DNA of 63,148 bases, counting the filler, from Collodictyon triciliatum (Eukaryota), in assembly GCA_043381765.1 (NCBI GenBank). It is 7 parts of 7 records of this genome, joined end to end, with 100 filler letters (N's around TTAATTAATTAA, not from the genome) between each part and the next. Parts side by side here need not be neighbours in the genome. Positions count along the whole stretch, not along the records: positions 1 to 11,093 come from JBHJMP010002484.1; positions 11,194 to 22,285 come from JBHJMP010002485.1; 5 more parts are not named here. One strand, given 5' to 3'. Position 1 is the stretch's first letter, and the number at the start of each line of letters is the position of its first letter. The position numbers and the translations under genes are program-made. The notes beneath the pieces were generated by a model. It was not told where the DNA came from. It ran no database searches and worked only from the letters and a program-made list of their open reading frames with translations. Positions 1 to 12,746 of the stretch are shown here, piece after piece.

Positions 1-330
1 TGATTTATTATTCTGGAGAGACTTAAGCATAGTACTTTAGTTTTTTTTTGGAAAAGGCTTATGGGGAAACAAATTTGTGGGATATCGAAGACAATGAGGT
101 AAGAAAAATTTGCTTTTGTGAGTGTAGATATTGTGATTCGTATTAAAGAAAAAAGAAGAGTCGAAAATAAAAATAACGAAGGTGACATAGAGAAAAGAAG
201 GTAATTTCATTAGAGACAGAGAAACACATAAGCAGGAATGCAAATAATTTTCAAATAAAAGAACGGGTTTACCTCTTCGTGAAATATATCACCAAATGTA
301 TAACTAACGTATATAGTTCTAATATGAAGA

Positions 331-1203
331 CCCAAATCTCTGCAATTATCGATGGCCATGGCATATTCCAAGCTGTTTCGATATAAAATCATCAGTCCGA
401 ATCCCTACAAACCGGAGAAGATGAGTCGTTGCGCCGAAACTATTGACATTATAGACTCACCGATAGTCAAAAGCTGGAAGCAAGCCCGCATACCTCAGCT
501 ACTCCCGAAATCATCACGCCCTACTGCTCAATATCTCCAACAGAGAGCTGTGGATGGGTGCGCGCGTAGTCCATGCAGAAACGACCTCTCCAGAATGCAC
601 CATGTGCCATAGTGGAGACGACTCTATCGAACACATATTTGCGAAGTGCTCTCTTGCTCAAAAAGTAACAGAATCTACTCACAAAATGCTCTCTGAGCTT
701 GATTATTCTCCCAACCGACTCAGCGCGTCCGACATCCTGTTTGGTGCACACTACCAAATGACCCACGACTCTATAATTCTCTGGACTCACAAGGGGACAT
801 ATGCTGTGGTCCTTATGGAGTGTGTGTGCATTATCTCGCTCTAATGATTCACCCGAACGAGAAATCAACGTATCGAGGCTGGAAAGCCTCGTGCAATACA
901 GCTTCCTGAACAACCTGCTGAAACACGCTCGCATTCTTCGCTAATTTGACCGCAAACGGAGAGAGATGTGGGAATGTGTCGTGCGATATCTCCCGCAGCA
1001 TATCCAACCCCTGCTGCTCACGCAACCAATCAACCAGTTGGGACGCCCACCTGACCAACTCGCTATCACTGATTTCTCTCCAGCGGTTGCATCTTCATAG
1101 TAGTGTCTTCTCCTACTCGCGTTTGCTCTCTACCATGCGCACCTGTCTCACCCCTTTGTATGGCATAACCTTGCTGCACTTTTAATCGAATAAAGGGAAA
1201 AAA
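331..1203 (+). mobile_element. 5'-truncated, frameshifted non-LTR retrotransposon (LINE) ORF2 C-terminus with 3' end
   Basis: zf-RVT-like motif CTMCHSGDDSIEHIFAKC followed by ILFG...LW.L..C; broken across three frames; ends in ATCGAATAAAGGGAAAAAA; a related copy lies at 28730-29400. Confidence 0.75.
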
Positions 1204-1385
1204 CATGCCTTGGAGTGAATGACATGATTGGAATATCTATTATTAGCAAAGTATAAAAAACTGAAAAAATATTATAGTGAATTGAAAACTGTTGAAAAAA
1301 AAATAAAATTAATCATAACATTCCAATATTGTAAGTTTCTAAAGAGAATGATATAATCATGATTTATGTTTGTTTAATGATTTAT

Positions 1386-4300
1386 TCATTGTGAAAAGGG
1401 GTCAGATAACCGTTTTCTTTTCTTCAGATTTTTCATCTTGACCAATTTTCCCTTGATTTCGCCACTTTTTAATAGAGGAATCACAAAAGCGATCGATGAA
1501 AAATAAAGCAGCCATATTGAGTTCATTCCAATAAGCAAAGCTGTAATCCACGATTGCGAGTCAAACAGAGTCGACATGAGCGAAAGGAAGAAGGACAAAA
1601 AAATAATGTAGAGGCTGGACAACTCCATTTGATTTTCGATTTTCGAGTGGTAAGGCTTGTATTCTTTTTGCATCCAAATTGAGCTCTAATAATTTGTGCT
1701 CGATTTAATTTTTCATTTTCAAAAAATTATCTCATATATTGCACCATATAAATGAATATTTAATTCACCTGAATAACAATGATGAGAAGCACGAAGAAAA
1801 CCGCTGGGCTTGTGTATGGAATCACACTGAGCACAAACGAAAAAGCGATGCGGCGTGCGATTATGACAAACTCCCAATACTTGAAGGTCTAAATAATATT
1901 AGTCTCATAAATAATTCAAAATTGATAATGAAAAGTGAAAGAAAATTGGATTCAGTACCTCTTTGTATGGCAAGTAAAGGAATCCATATCGCGCTCCTGG
2001 TTCGTATCCAGGTCTTTCTGCCATGATTTTCACTTTCCACAGTACAAAAGCAGGCAAACCAACCAAGAAAAGAACGAAAACCGGGACAGATATTGCAAGC
2101 AGTTTTTGATATTCATCCGAGGCTGGGCTGCATTGAATCCAGGGCTTGAAATTCAGATACCATTTATTCACACCTTCGTCATAAACGGTGCATCCAAAAA
2201 CACCAAACACCTCTCTTGCGACCGAGTAGTATATAAAAAACAGAAGATTCAATGCGATGAAAACGGCCTGCCAAAAAAATAATAATTTAGAATTACTAAA
2301 GATGAAGCTGAAACAATATGGAGATTTTACAATTAGATGTATTTTTTCATCCTTACTTTGTTCTGCTTGTGTCCATATCCGAAATAGTACGTGGCTGAGC
2401 CAACAATGATAAAGATCGGTATTCTCGAAAAACTGAACATCAGAGAAGCAAATACATCGTCTACTCCAAGGACACAGGAAAGGTTGGGAAATTGGATTGA
2501 GCCAATCGATGATGAGACATCAATAAAGCTGTTTGCATCTTCTGAAAGAACAAGTCCACTAGACACAATCGACAGTGTTTGCATGTGGAACATTATTATC
2601 CTGAGTTTCGCTGCAAGAAATATTCTGATTAATATGAGAAGAATCAAGTGAAATAATTTAGTTACATTTACCTGATTTTGATGTCTCTGTGAAATACAGA
2701 TAGCAAATGAGCATAAAGAATCCAATTGAACCAAGAACCAGAGTTGAATAAATCGTTCCTTTATCGCATTTCACACACGACCTTCCTTGATTTCTGTACC
2801 CATCCTGACATTTTGAGCAGGCATTACCTTCATAACCTTCCTGACATAGGTATAAAATTTCGACCGTCGTATTTGAATTCGAAATTTTCTCTGGAATCGA
2901 CACATCACATGACTCACGACGTGGACACGGTAGTATTGATTTCACAGAGGCAATGCTTGGTGAAGCATGACAGAATTTCAAGGACGTTCCATCAAGGCAA
3001 TCACATCCTCTTGGGCATTGAACGCAATTATTTCCAAAGCCGAAATATCCAGGCAAGCATTTACAAAATTCAAAATCATAGTATTCTGGATTCAAGTCAA
3101 CATCCAACTCAATCAGACCAGATTTCGAAATAATGGAAGGACAAAGGTAGCTTTTCGTTTCATCTTGGAGATTGAAATTTGTCGTAAAATTCATGAAATC
3201 AGGAAGAAAATTGGATGTTCCATGATTCATCGATGTTTTATTCAATCCCAGATACTCAAGCTTTGAAAAACCTATGTATGATTCAGGAATGCTCCCAAGA
3301 ATTGGATTTCCAGTGAGTTCAAGGGAAGTCCATCTCAATAGATTAGTAAGTACATCAAGCTTGGTGATGTTGTTGTTTTTCAAGCTTAATATTTTTATGT
3401 TGAGAACATAGTAAAAAAGTCTCCAATTCAGTTCCCCATAGACTTGGTTATCATCAAGCAAAAGGTTTTCATAGAAATAACTGTTATTGCCTGATGATGG
3501 TGAGATAAAATCAGCAACATTTCCTGAAAATGAATTGTTTCTCAGATCAATGGTGACTAGATTCGGCAGATTCCAGAATAAATCAGGCATGCTTCCGGAA
3601 AATTTGTTGTGAGATAAAACGAGTGATTTCAGTTCTGACAGTCCCTGAAAATAGGTTGGGACTGTACCGTTCATTTTGTTCCATGACAAGTCGATGTATT
3701 TAATTGAAGGCAATATCAAGTAATTGGGAATAGAACCAGTGATTTGGTTTTCACTCACATCCAGTCTTGTCAGATTCTTCATATTGAACATCGGTAACGT
3801 TCCTGACAACTTGTTTCGGAATAGTACTATTTCCTTGATGTTTTTGCAATATTTGAAATCTGGGACTCCTCCCTCCAGCTGATTATCATAAACAGAAAAA
3901 ATCTCCAGTTTTGTCAAATTTGAGAAGTTTGGGATTGTGCCTAAAATTACTCATTAATGTTTGAGGAAATATGAAAATCAAAAGAAAGGAAAAATGAATA
4001 GAAATCACCATTCAATCTGTTTCTATCAAGGACAATTATCTCAACATTTGGAATTCCATTAAATTTTGGTACTGTTCCTGTTTTATAAAGTCAGTTGTTC
4101 ATCAAAACACATGAAAAAATAATAATAAAAAAAAAGTACCATTCAATTTATTGCTGTGAAGATAAACCCATAAAACTTTTGGAATATCACCGAAATTTGG
4201 AACTATTCCTGTAATAAAAACTTAGTTTTTTTTAAAAATATGTAACATAAACATGACAACTACCTGTTAATTGATTGTCGTCAAGGTAAATCCTTAAAAT

Positions 4301-5810
4301 ATTTGGAATTCCATTGAAGTTTGGAACCGTTCCTGAAATAGAACGTTAGTATTATAAATAATAAATGAAATGAAAATATAAATTACCAGTCAATTGATTG
4401 CTGAGAAGATAAATTCTTTCAACTTGTGGAATTTCACTGAAGTTTGTAACCGTTCCTGTACTATAAAGTTAGTTTTGTACTTATAATATATGAAATAATA
4501 ATTAAACTTACCAGTCAATCGGTTGTTGTAAAGATAAATCCATAAAACATTAGGAATTCCACTGAAGTTCGGAACTGTTCCTGTAATATAAATTTAGTTT
4601 TGTACTTATAAACATGAAATAATTATTAAACGTACCAGTCAACTGGTTGTTGTAAAGATAAATTACTAAAATATTTGGAATTTCACTGAAGTTCGGAACT
4701 GTTCCTGTAATATAGAGTTAGTCTTATCAATAATTCATGAAATTTTTATCAAAATTTACCAGTTAACTGATTGCTGTAAATATAAATTATTTTAACATTC
4801 GGAATTCCACTAAAGTTTGGAACTGTTCCTGTAATATAAAGTTAGTTTTTTACTTAAAATATATTTAATAATAGTTAAACGTACCAGTCAATTGATTGCT
4901 GTGAAAATATATCTCTAAAATATTAGGAATTCCTCTGAAGTTTGGAATCGTTCCTGTAATTCGATTTTTATTAAAATTCAGATACTTAATACTTAAGAGA
5001 TTAAAGTCTGGAAGATTTCCGTAAATGAAGTTGTAGCTCATGTCCAAGGAATCCAATAATTGGAACTTCTCAAAAATTACAGAGGCAGCTTCAATATCAC
5101 CATTAAGATTGTTTCTTAACAAGTAGATTTTAACTATGGGACATGTGTTGCTCTATTAAAATTAAGAAAAATATGTTAACAATAAAATCAAGAGATATTA
5201 CTATCATTTCAAGAAATCACCTTATAAACCTCATCCGAACAACTCTGACTGCAGGATATTCCATGCCAATCACAAATAGGAATACTTTCATTCTTCCATC
5301 CAGTATTCAGAAACCAATTATCGCCGCCAAGCAAATCATAAAGTTGGACAAGGAGCTCGAATTGGGTCCCAGTATTTCCATCGGCCACATTTCGACTCTG
5401 TTTATTCTCCAACCCCCGTTCTCTGTTTCCACTTCGTTTTTGCGAATGAATTTCTTTGTAGAAATTGACCTTACTGGATATTAATTTTCTTTCATAATTC
5501 CATTCATCACCATGTCCATTTTCAAGCGAGTATTCTCCATCTTTGCAGCCATTCATCATCCCTGAAAAGTTATCCTCACTCTCTTTTAACAAAGGACATG
5601 TCTCATCGTAGTGGCTAAACAGAATTTGAAATGCATCTTCGACTTTCATGGAAAGTAATTCATCTCTTGAATATTGGCATCTGTTTTTCTTATTTGAGTC
5701 GAAAATGTATTTTATAAATATTCATAAATCAAAACATACCTTTGAAGTCGATGAATTGAGGATGTCGATGAAACAATGAAAACGATGGCAACGAAGGCAG
5801 CCAATATCAT
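1386..5810 (-). CDS. Multi-exon LRR receptor-like membrane protein, copy 1 (signal peptide, LRRNT cap, LRRs, Cys-rich region, multi-pass TM domain)
   Basis: ATG at 5810 gives MILAAFVAIVFIVSS; cap LYDLLGGDNWF..GW..CDWHGISC; LRRs of the NxLxGxIP type; Cys-rich CKCLPGYFG..CQEGYEGNACSKC; hydrophobic exons at 2350-2610, 1965-2265, ~1770-1885 and 1386-1685; GT-AG introns. Confidence 0.88.
4009..4828 (-). repeat. Array of 7 single-LRR 69-nt phase-1 micro-exons
   Basis: Exons at about 4760-4828, 4635-4703, 4512-4580, 4387-4455, 4264-4332, 4140-4208 and 4009-4077. Each is AG|G...TG or AG|GT-bounded and encodes GTVPNFxxIPxxxxIxLxxNxLx. Confidence 0.9.
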
Positions 5811-8800
5811 ATAATTTCTGGGTATATATTAAAGTTTGAGACTAATTTATCAAATATATTTATCACAGATTGAATTACGAAACGCACGTTCCAGGATTTT
5901 TGGGATATTTTATTCTCGATTCGAAGATATTATCGCGTCGGAAATCAGTTCTTTTTTCATCTGGTGAGTGCATTTCTATCCTATTGCCACCAACATCTCA
6001 GTAAGTTGAATATTATCAGTTCTGCTGATATTTTATTCACCAAACATAGGAATATTCAGCAAACTTGATTTTAAGAATATTCAGTACTAAATAAAGAAGT
6101 CTTCAAGTCGATGCTTAAATTTTACATCAATTTATCAAACATTATTGATTTTTCATGTGATATATAGTTGATAGAATGAAAAATACATATAATATATAAA
6201 AATTAATCAATAAAATATACCATTTTGGATAAAATGAGTGAATTTTTTTAGTGAACAAATTTATCTTCATAATTTGCTTTATAATTTTTTCTTTAATAGC
6301 CTTGTTTTTATTTTAAACTTCCCTTGTAACAGATCAGTCACAAATTCATTAACCAATTGTCTTTTCGTACATTCGTATATCTTGATTCAGCATTATGATC
6401 CTCTCTTATGTTAAATTTCATAAAAATAAACACCAAAATATTCTATTGTTCAACATCTCAAGATATCAACCGATAAGCTTAAACGTATGATTGCAAATAC
6501 AAATGAATCTTGATAGATAAGAATATCATGTGTTCGTGCTTCATATGAGTTGATTAACGACTGAAATGATTGAAAGAGAATGTAAATATTTGCATAAAAT
6601 CATTGTGACGGCTAAAAACTTTAGTCATTCCTAAAATTATTTATGTCAGTTCCAAATTGTAAGAAAAATGTTCTTTGATGTTGCATTTGAGTTAACTTTT
6701 ATTCATAATCATATAATTTTTCGTAAAGATAAGAACAATTCATTAGAATCATCTTATTTTTACCATATAATTACACAGAAATTAATCACACATTAAGAGC
6801 TGTTAAAACAGCCATATAATTAGATAAATGCTATTGATTAAATATAAGAACCCCTGTTTGCTTGACTATACCGAATAATTATTATATGAGAAAATAAAAT
6901 GATGTCGAATTAGAACATTATTTTCGATAAAAAAATTCTGGATTTAAAGTCTTAAATTGAATCAATAAAGTTTCTTTTGAGTTATCTGGATTATAGATTG
7001 TTTTACATATGCTTACTCATTAGGCATAATCATCTATGTATGGAAATGGCGTCTAAGTGATGAATCACATCCTTATATTCGGTAAATTTTCATTAAATGC
7101 TGATTAAAGTACTAATATATGTTTTGTGAGCGTTGGGTATCATTTCTAAGAGATTGAATTATTCGCAATTAGTTTCAATATTGGTTTGCATGTATTTATC
7201 TGTTTCATCATTATTTAATTCTCTATATGGAGGCTCTAAATTGTGGATTCAAACGAACCAACTCTCTTAAAATTTCAATTTTATGTCATTATCCATATTA
7301 ATATTATTCATTAAATCAAAACCAAAGCACTAATTAGTTATATCGATAAAAATTTGAATTTAATTTTCTTTTGACCATTAATCATTCTATGTCATATAAA
7401 TTCTATTTTTTTGATTGAGGAATTTTAAACCATGTGATTTTTAAGTTAGTTTGTTAACCGAGATAAAATCAGTGCTTATAAAAAGCTAAAACTCATAATG
7501 ATACAAAAAAAAGGGTGGATTGATTTTCTTCAATTAATAAGCACAATCATTTCAAGAGATATTATAGAACTGAAAATTTAGTCAATGAAGAATTTTAAAT
7601 GTCTATCAATACAGATAAATTGAACCCTCTTATTTGAATATTTGTTAAAAAAATGAAGAAAAGTATAGATTCAAGAATAAACTTGTATATACATTAATAT
7701 TTTTACCCAGCTATATTTTAACCAAATCAAAATAACCTGAACAATATCAATATATAATAATATGATAGAATCGTCACATATGAAAAAATTATAGAATAAT
7801 AATGTATGTATCTAACAAAATTAATAAATTATTCTATAAATAACCGAAATTTACGAATAATATTACGGATGCATAAAAAAGGATTCAACGAATATATTTG
7901 AACGATAGTAATATTGAATATAAAAAGGACGTGAATAATGCACCATATCCTTGGATAGTCGGGGCAACGCAAAAATGAATATCGGTACGCTTACTCATTA
8001 CCTCTGATTTATTTGGAATTGGAAGGGTAGGGTGGATTTTTTGGATTTGATAAATCGACATCTACTTAACCAAGAGAGAAAATTAAACTAATTTAGATGA
8101 TTTAACAACGATTAACTATTAAATAGGTTTATATATTGAGCGGTTAACCTACAAATCATTTCACTTGGAGAAACGAACAATGTCTAGTTAGTTGAGGGGT
8201 ATGGGTGTGAAGCTGTGGACAAAAGATTGCAGGTCAGTCAAGGGGATAGGTGGTATATCATTCAGCGGCAAACTGGTTTTTAGCGGGTATATGGTATGTG
8301 TTTTTCGATTTGGATATTAGAATGGTTCATATGTTGGTTAGTTGGTTTTTTAAATTCACATTTGATGCAAAGGCGTATCTATTGATTTAACAAAACCTAT
8401 TTTTCCCTTTATTCTATTAAAATTTTATTTAGACAGAATGTAAGATACGGATATCAAGATTCTGCAGATAACTAAGCTTCTCTAGTAGATGCGTAATTTA
8501 AAGAATTTTTCTGTAGATTTAGCATTCACAAGATGATACGTAATAAGATTATTACAAATACCAACGACATAGCGATGCAGATGTTTTAGACAGACATTTC
8601 ATCTCGATTAAAATTAATTAGAAAATATATAGCTGATAGTATTGTATTTACTGTAATTATTACAATACTGATTCCATGTATTTTATGTTAGGATTAAATC
8701 TATCAACTAAATAATGTAATAACTAGCATGGCCAGACTCCGATGATAATTCTTAATTTTATAGATTTTGTTGTATCATTATTAGTAATAGTTTTACAACT

Positions 8801-9399
8801 GAAATATTTTTAATTAAAATATTCGACTTTATATATGTTTTTTCTTTGGTAAATAGGTAATGTATTCAAATAAGATTAAACCTTCTAAACTCAAAAAGGA
8901 TACATGACTCTCGATCACAAAAATTTACAACGAATATTATTTTATTTATTTTTGGTCATGAATGAATGAACAAAGACATACTTACTTCCACACACGACAC
9001 GACCCAACACCCCCACCGTACGTTCTTAGAGCTTTACTTCAGACCATCGGGAAAANNNNNNNNNNNNNNNNNNNNNNNNNNNNNNNNNNNNNNNNNNNNN
9101 NNNNNNNNNNNNNNNNNNNNNNNNNNNNNNNNNNNNNNNNNNNNNNNNNNNNNNNNNNNNNNNNNNNNNNNNNNNNNNNNNNNNNNNNNNNNNNNNNNNN
9201 NNNNNNNNNNNNNNNNNNNNNNNNNNNNNNNNNNNNNNNNNNNNNNNNNNNNNNNNNNNNNNNNNNNNNNNNNNNNNNNNNNNNNNNNNNNNNNNNNNNN
9301 NNNNNNNNNAATTAAGAATGAAGTTTGGTTGATGATCTGCTGAAAATTAGGCTTTACACATGTACTTAAAATGTGCGTATTTGGTTTTTTCTATCATTG

Positions 9400-10560
9400 A
9401 ATATCAAACATTTGACGAATTTTCTGTGATACAAACTTAAATTTTTTCGTGCTTTTCAGTTATGAAAAGAATTAGAAGGGAAAATTAGACAAGAATCATA
9501 CTTTTTTAGTATCAGAATTTTGGTCAATCTGGCCCAAAGATTGCACTATTCTTTGTAATGCCCTCAAAGTTTTAATTATGAGTTTCTTTAATTATTGTAA
9601 AAAATTAGATTAATGGTACTTGAAACCTTGAGATAAATAAATTTCCTTTCGATACTATGAATTGGCTTGGTCAACTTACTGTATGACTTGTTTATCACCA
9701 AAAAATGAAAGCTCCAGAGTTTCTTGTACGATGAAATGGAATGACAGATTACCCCTTTCTGAAAGTTCGTGAAGTGCTATTATAAATGGGTTTTTTTTGA
9801 GTTCATCCTGAGAAATAATCAAAATATTTAAATTGTCGAAAATTTTGTCCTGGTCTTTCTTATGCAAGCACGACCTATACTACCAGCCAAACCACAGGAT
9901 GCAATCCTGATTACCGATTACTTCTATGCCACCCGGCAACCAAGTAGCGTCCATGCAAACGATTGCTAGCAAACCAAAGCCAACATCTCCACCGTCCTTC
10001 AAAAAATGGAATGGGAGAATTAAAAAAATAGTCGAAAATTTTGTCTTAATCATATATATATTTCGTTTCAATGAAACCCCCTCTAATATCGTTGAAATTA
10101 ACTCATGATGGGTTTTTCCAACTTGGTTATTTTTAATTCATACATCATTCAATATCATATATGCCTTATGAAAGGTAAACGTAAAAATTAACTAGGATAG
10201 CAAAGTATCAGAATCTAGCGTTTATTTAGTAATAAAAATACATGTAGAGATTTTCCCAAATATGTGTCATACCTGAATCTGGTTGATTAAAGTATGATTT
10301 TGAGTTTCAAGGAGTCAAGTTGAATGGATGAATATCTTCAGACTATAAGAATGGATAATTCATTATTTATGTTTCCAAAATTTTGGGTAATATTGTAGTT
10401 GCTAATTAAAAAATAAAGGTACATTTCTTCGGAGTCTGCAAAAATAATAAACAATATTCTTGCCGGTTCCGCTAATGCCTATGCTGAAGAAGTTATGCTG
10501 GTTTGCCGGCTGTTATACTTTATCTGTTACATACTAGACATATATAAATCAAGGATATTG
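9400..10560 (-). pseudogene. Degenerate coding-like region, partly similar to ~35100-35600 (+)
   Basis: Short broken ORFs. Motifs shared with the 35.1-35.6 kb region: AACTTCTTCA..CTCCGAAGAAAT and ATGATGTATGAATTAAAA. Confidence 0.3.
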
Positions 10561-10599
10561 GATTTGTAGTCGAATAGAATGAACGAATATAAGGAATCT

Positions 10600-10886
10600 G
10601 ATAGTAAAGGAGAGCAGGATAGTCGCGTGCGCTTTCGCTCCAGGGAGAATTTGGCCTCCGATCAAATTGAAGTCAGAGTCCTTGGTAGTCGCACCTCTTA
10701 AAGGTTGCAATTATTCTCGACCCTATCGGGTGCATATTGATGAGCCACAAATCCAGATTCCATACGCTGCTGGCCTGAACCCCTTAACCGACTCGTGTCA
10801 CTGCTTTCAACCAAGATGCAACAACTACGGTGTCCTGTAAAATTTCTTAAAAGCCCCTTCATTCACTTGTATCGAATAAAGGAAAA
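10600..10886 (+). mobile_element. Probable short 3' remnant of a related LINE
   Basis: GC-richer island ending in ATCGAATAAAGGAAAA, the same terminus as the LINE fragment ending near 1200. Confidence 0.35.
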
Positions 10887-11093
10887 TATGTATAAACGAG
10901 GGATTTATTTTTTCCACCAATAGGCGAATCCCATGAAAAAAGCCGAGTTGAGAAGAGAAAAGCAAACAGTTCAAAAACCAACCTGGAAGCAAATCCAAGA
11001 TCTAAGAGACGTTCTTAAAGTCTACGTTTGAAGGATCTCCATCGAAGTGATCTTACTGTGGGCAGAGCAACCAGAGATTCAATCCCCCCGAAG

Positions 11094-11193
11094 NNNNNNN
11101 NNNNNNNNNNNNNNNNNNNNNNNNNNNNNNNNNNNNNTTAATTAATTAANNNNNNNNNNNNNNNNNNNNNNNNNNNNNNNNNNNNNNNNNNNN
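11094..11193. other. Artificial assembly linker (N44-TTAATTAATTAA-N44)
   Basis: The same 100-nt spacer with six-frame stops recurs at 22286, 33475, 44658, 55840 and 61463. Confidence 0.97.
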
Positions 11194-11315
11194 CCGCCTG
11201 CAAGTCTGTCTGAGCGGACAGTATTTTTGCACGGGGTCGAGCAAGTCGTTTACAACAAGAACAAGGCCCGCAGGCTAACAGATGCGCTCGCCTCCTCCTT
11301 GAAAGCGAACAAACT

Positions 11316-12425
11316 TTGGGAAGAGTCCATCCAATTGCGAATACCGGGCAGCGAAAGCTTTTGCCTCATTGCTTCCGCACTACAAAAAACGCCCGAAAGC
11401 TTCTGGAACTGAGGCAGGTAAGTTTGAGCGATATTACGATCAGCTTCAGCAGAAGTAAACCAACACAAAACTTGGCGATGCTCTGTCAACTACCGCTGGA
11501 CGTGTGGCCGCAACTCATTCGTGAGGAGCTGAAGCCGTTCAGACCGACCCACGTGGAGATCAAAAAGGACAAAGGCTTCTTCACAGACATGGCCGTGGTG
11601 AAGCTTCTTTGTCACAAGAACCAGCTCCCTTCAAAGTTTACGGTCATGGGAAAGAAGTGTTCAAAGCGCATCCTCAAAGAGCTTCCGCCAGCTGCGAATA
11701 ACGAACGACAAGTAAAAGCCCCGCAAAAGAATGCACCTGCCAAGCAGACAAGCAGCAACGGGGTCAAGGAAGCCAAGGCCAGGCAACAACAGAGTTCGCA
11801 AGACTCACAGCAGATACGCTCATACAGCGACAGCGACGATGACATGGAAGGAAATCTCGGTTCCTCTTCAGAATCTTCGCACTCGATCCATCCATCGCCA
11901 ACATCGGACAAGCCCGCACATCGCAAGACCCAAGAGCAGCGCATCTCCAAACCCCGAAAGAAATCCCCCCTTAAACTACCCATTCAGACTGACGTGAATA
12001 TGGTTAGCATAGGAAGCCTCAAGGCAGTCTTCGTTACTTACCAGAAAGGATACTCCAAAGCAAATGCAACACAAGAACCAGCACCCACCAAAGATAGTCC
12101 TTTTACCCTGCCCCAACCCGTCGCACCGAGAACCAAGGAGCTAGAGCAAATGCCACAAGTCGAATCCAAGCTTGAAACTCCACACACCAAAGACAGTTCG
12201 AGTAAGCAGGAGCGTATGTTTCTAAAACCACAAATACATATCTATGCCCTGGTTAAGCAAAGTCCACTGCCGGCTACGCATGGTTCCGAAACCAGGGGAC
12301 GGTCAAGCGCCACTTCCGCTAATACCAGACATACAACGATGTATCGCTTTTTGTCAGAGTCGCCCAGCAAGAAACGCAAGGAAAGTGACCCGTTGTCCCC
12401 TCAAAAGACTCATCCTGTGGAATGA
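11316..12425 (+). mobile_element. Intronless GC-richer ORF, probably retrotransposon ORF1-like
   Basis: 369-aa basic, Ser/Pro-rich ORF with no introns; frameshifted at its 5' end. The overlapping downstream frame reads KRLILWNEIG, resembling the WNxxG start of APE endonucleases. Confidence 0.4.
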
Positions 12426-12629
12426 AATAGGATGTACGGGTTGTCTGAGAATGATGGATGAAAGGACTCGTCGGAATCGATTTGAGAAGTAACTGCCATG
12501 TGCGTACTTTCATCGACCTGACAACTCTATCCGCTCTTTTACAAGTCTCGAATACAACCAGAAATCGCGTTGGAGCTGAACCACCTCGGGTAGAATAATA
12601 TTCGTGTGAAAACACTTTTTCTCCTTTCT

Positions 12630-12746
12630 ATTTTCCTTTTCTTTTTCTTTTTCTTTTTCTTTTTCTTTTTCTTTTTCTTTTTCTTTTTCTTTTTCTTTTT
12701 CTTTTTCTTTTTCTTTTTCTTTTTCTTTTTCTTTTTCTTTTTCTTT
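12630..12746. repeat. (TTTTTC)n microsatellite
   Basis: Direct inspection. Confidence 0.95.

Noticed and set aside
10455-10490. P-loop-like GISGTGK (and GLSGIGK near 35175)
   Set aside because: No S/T after the Lys, flanked by stops, and an alternative frame fits equally well.
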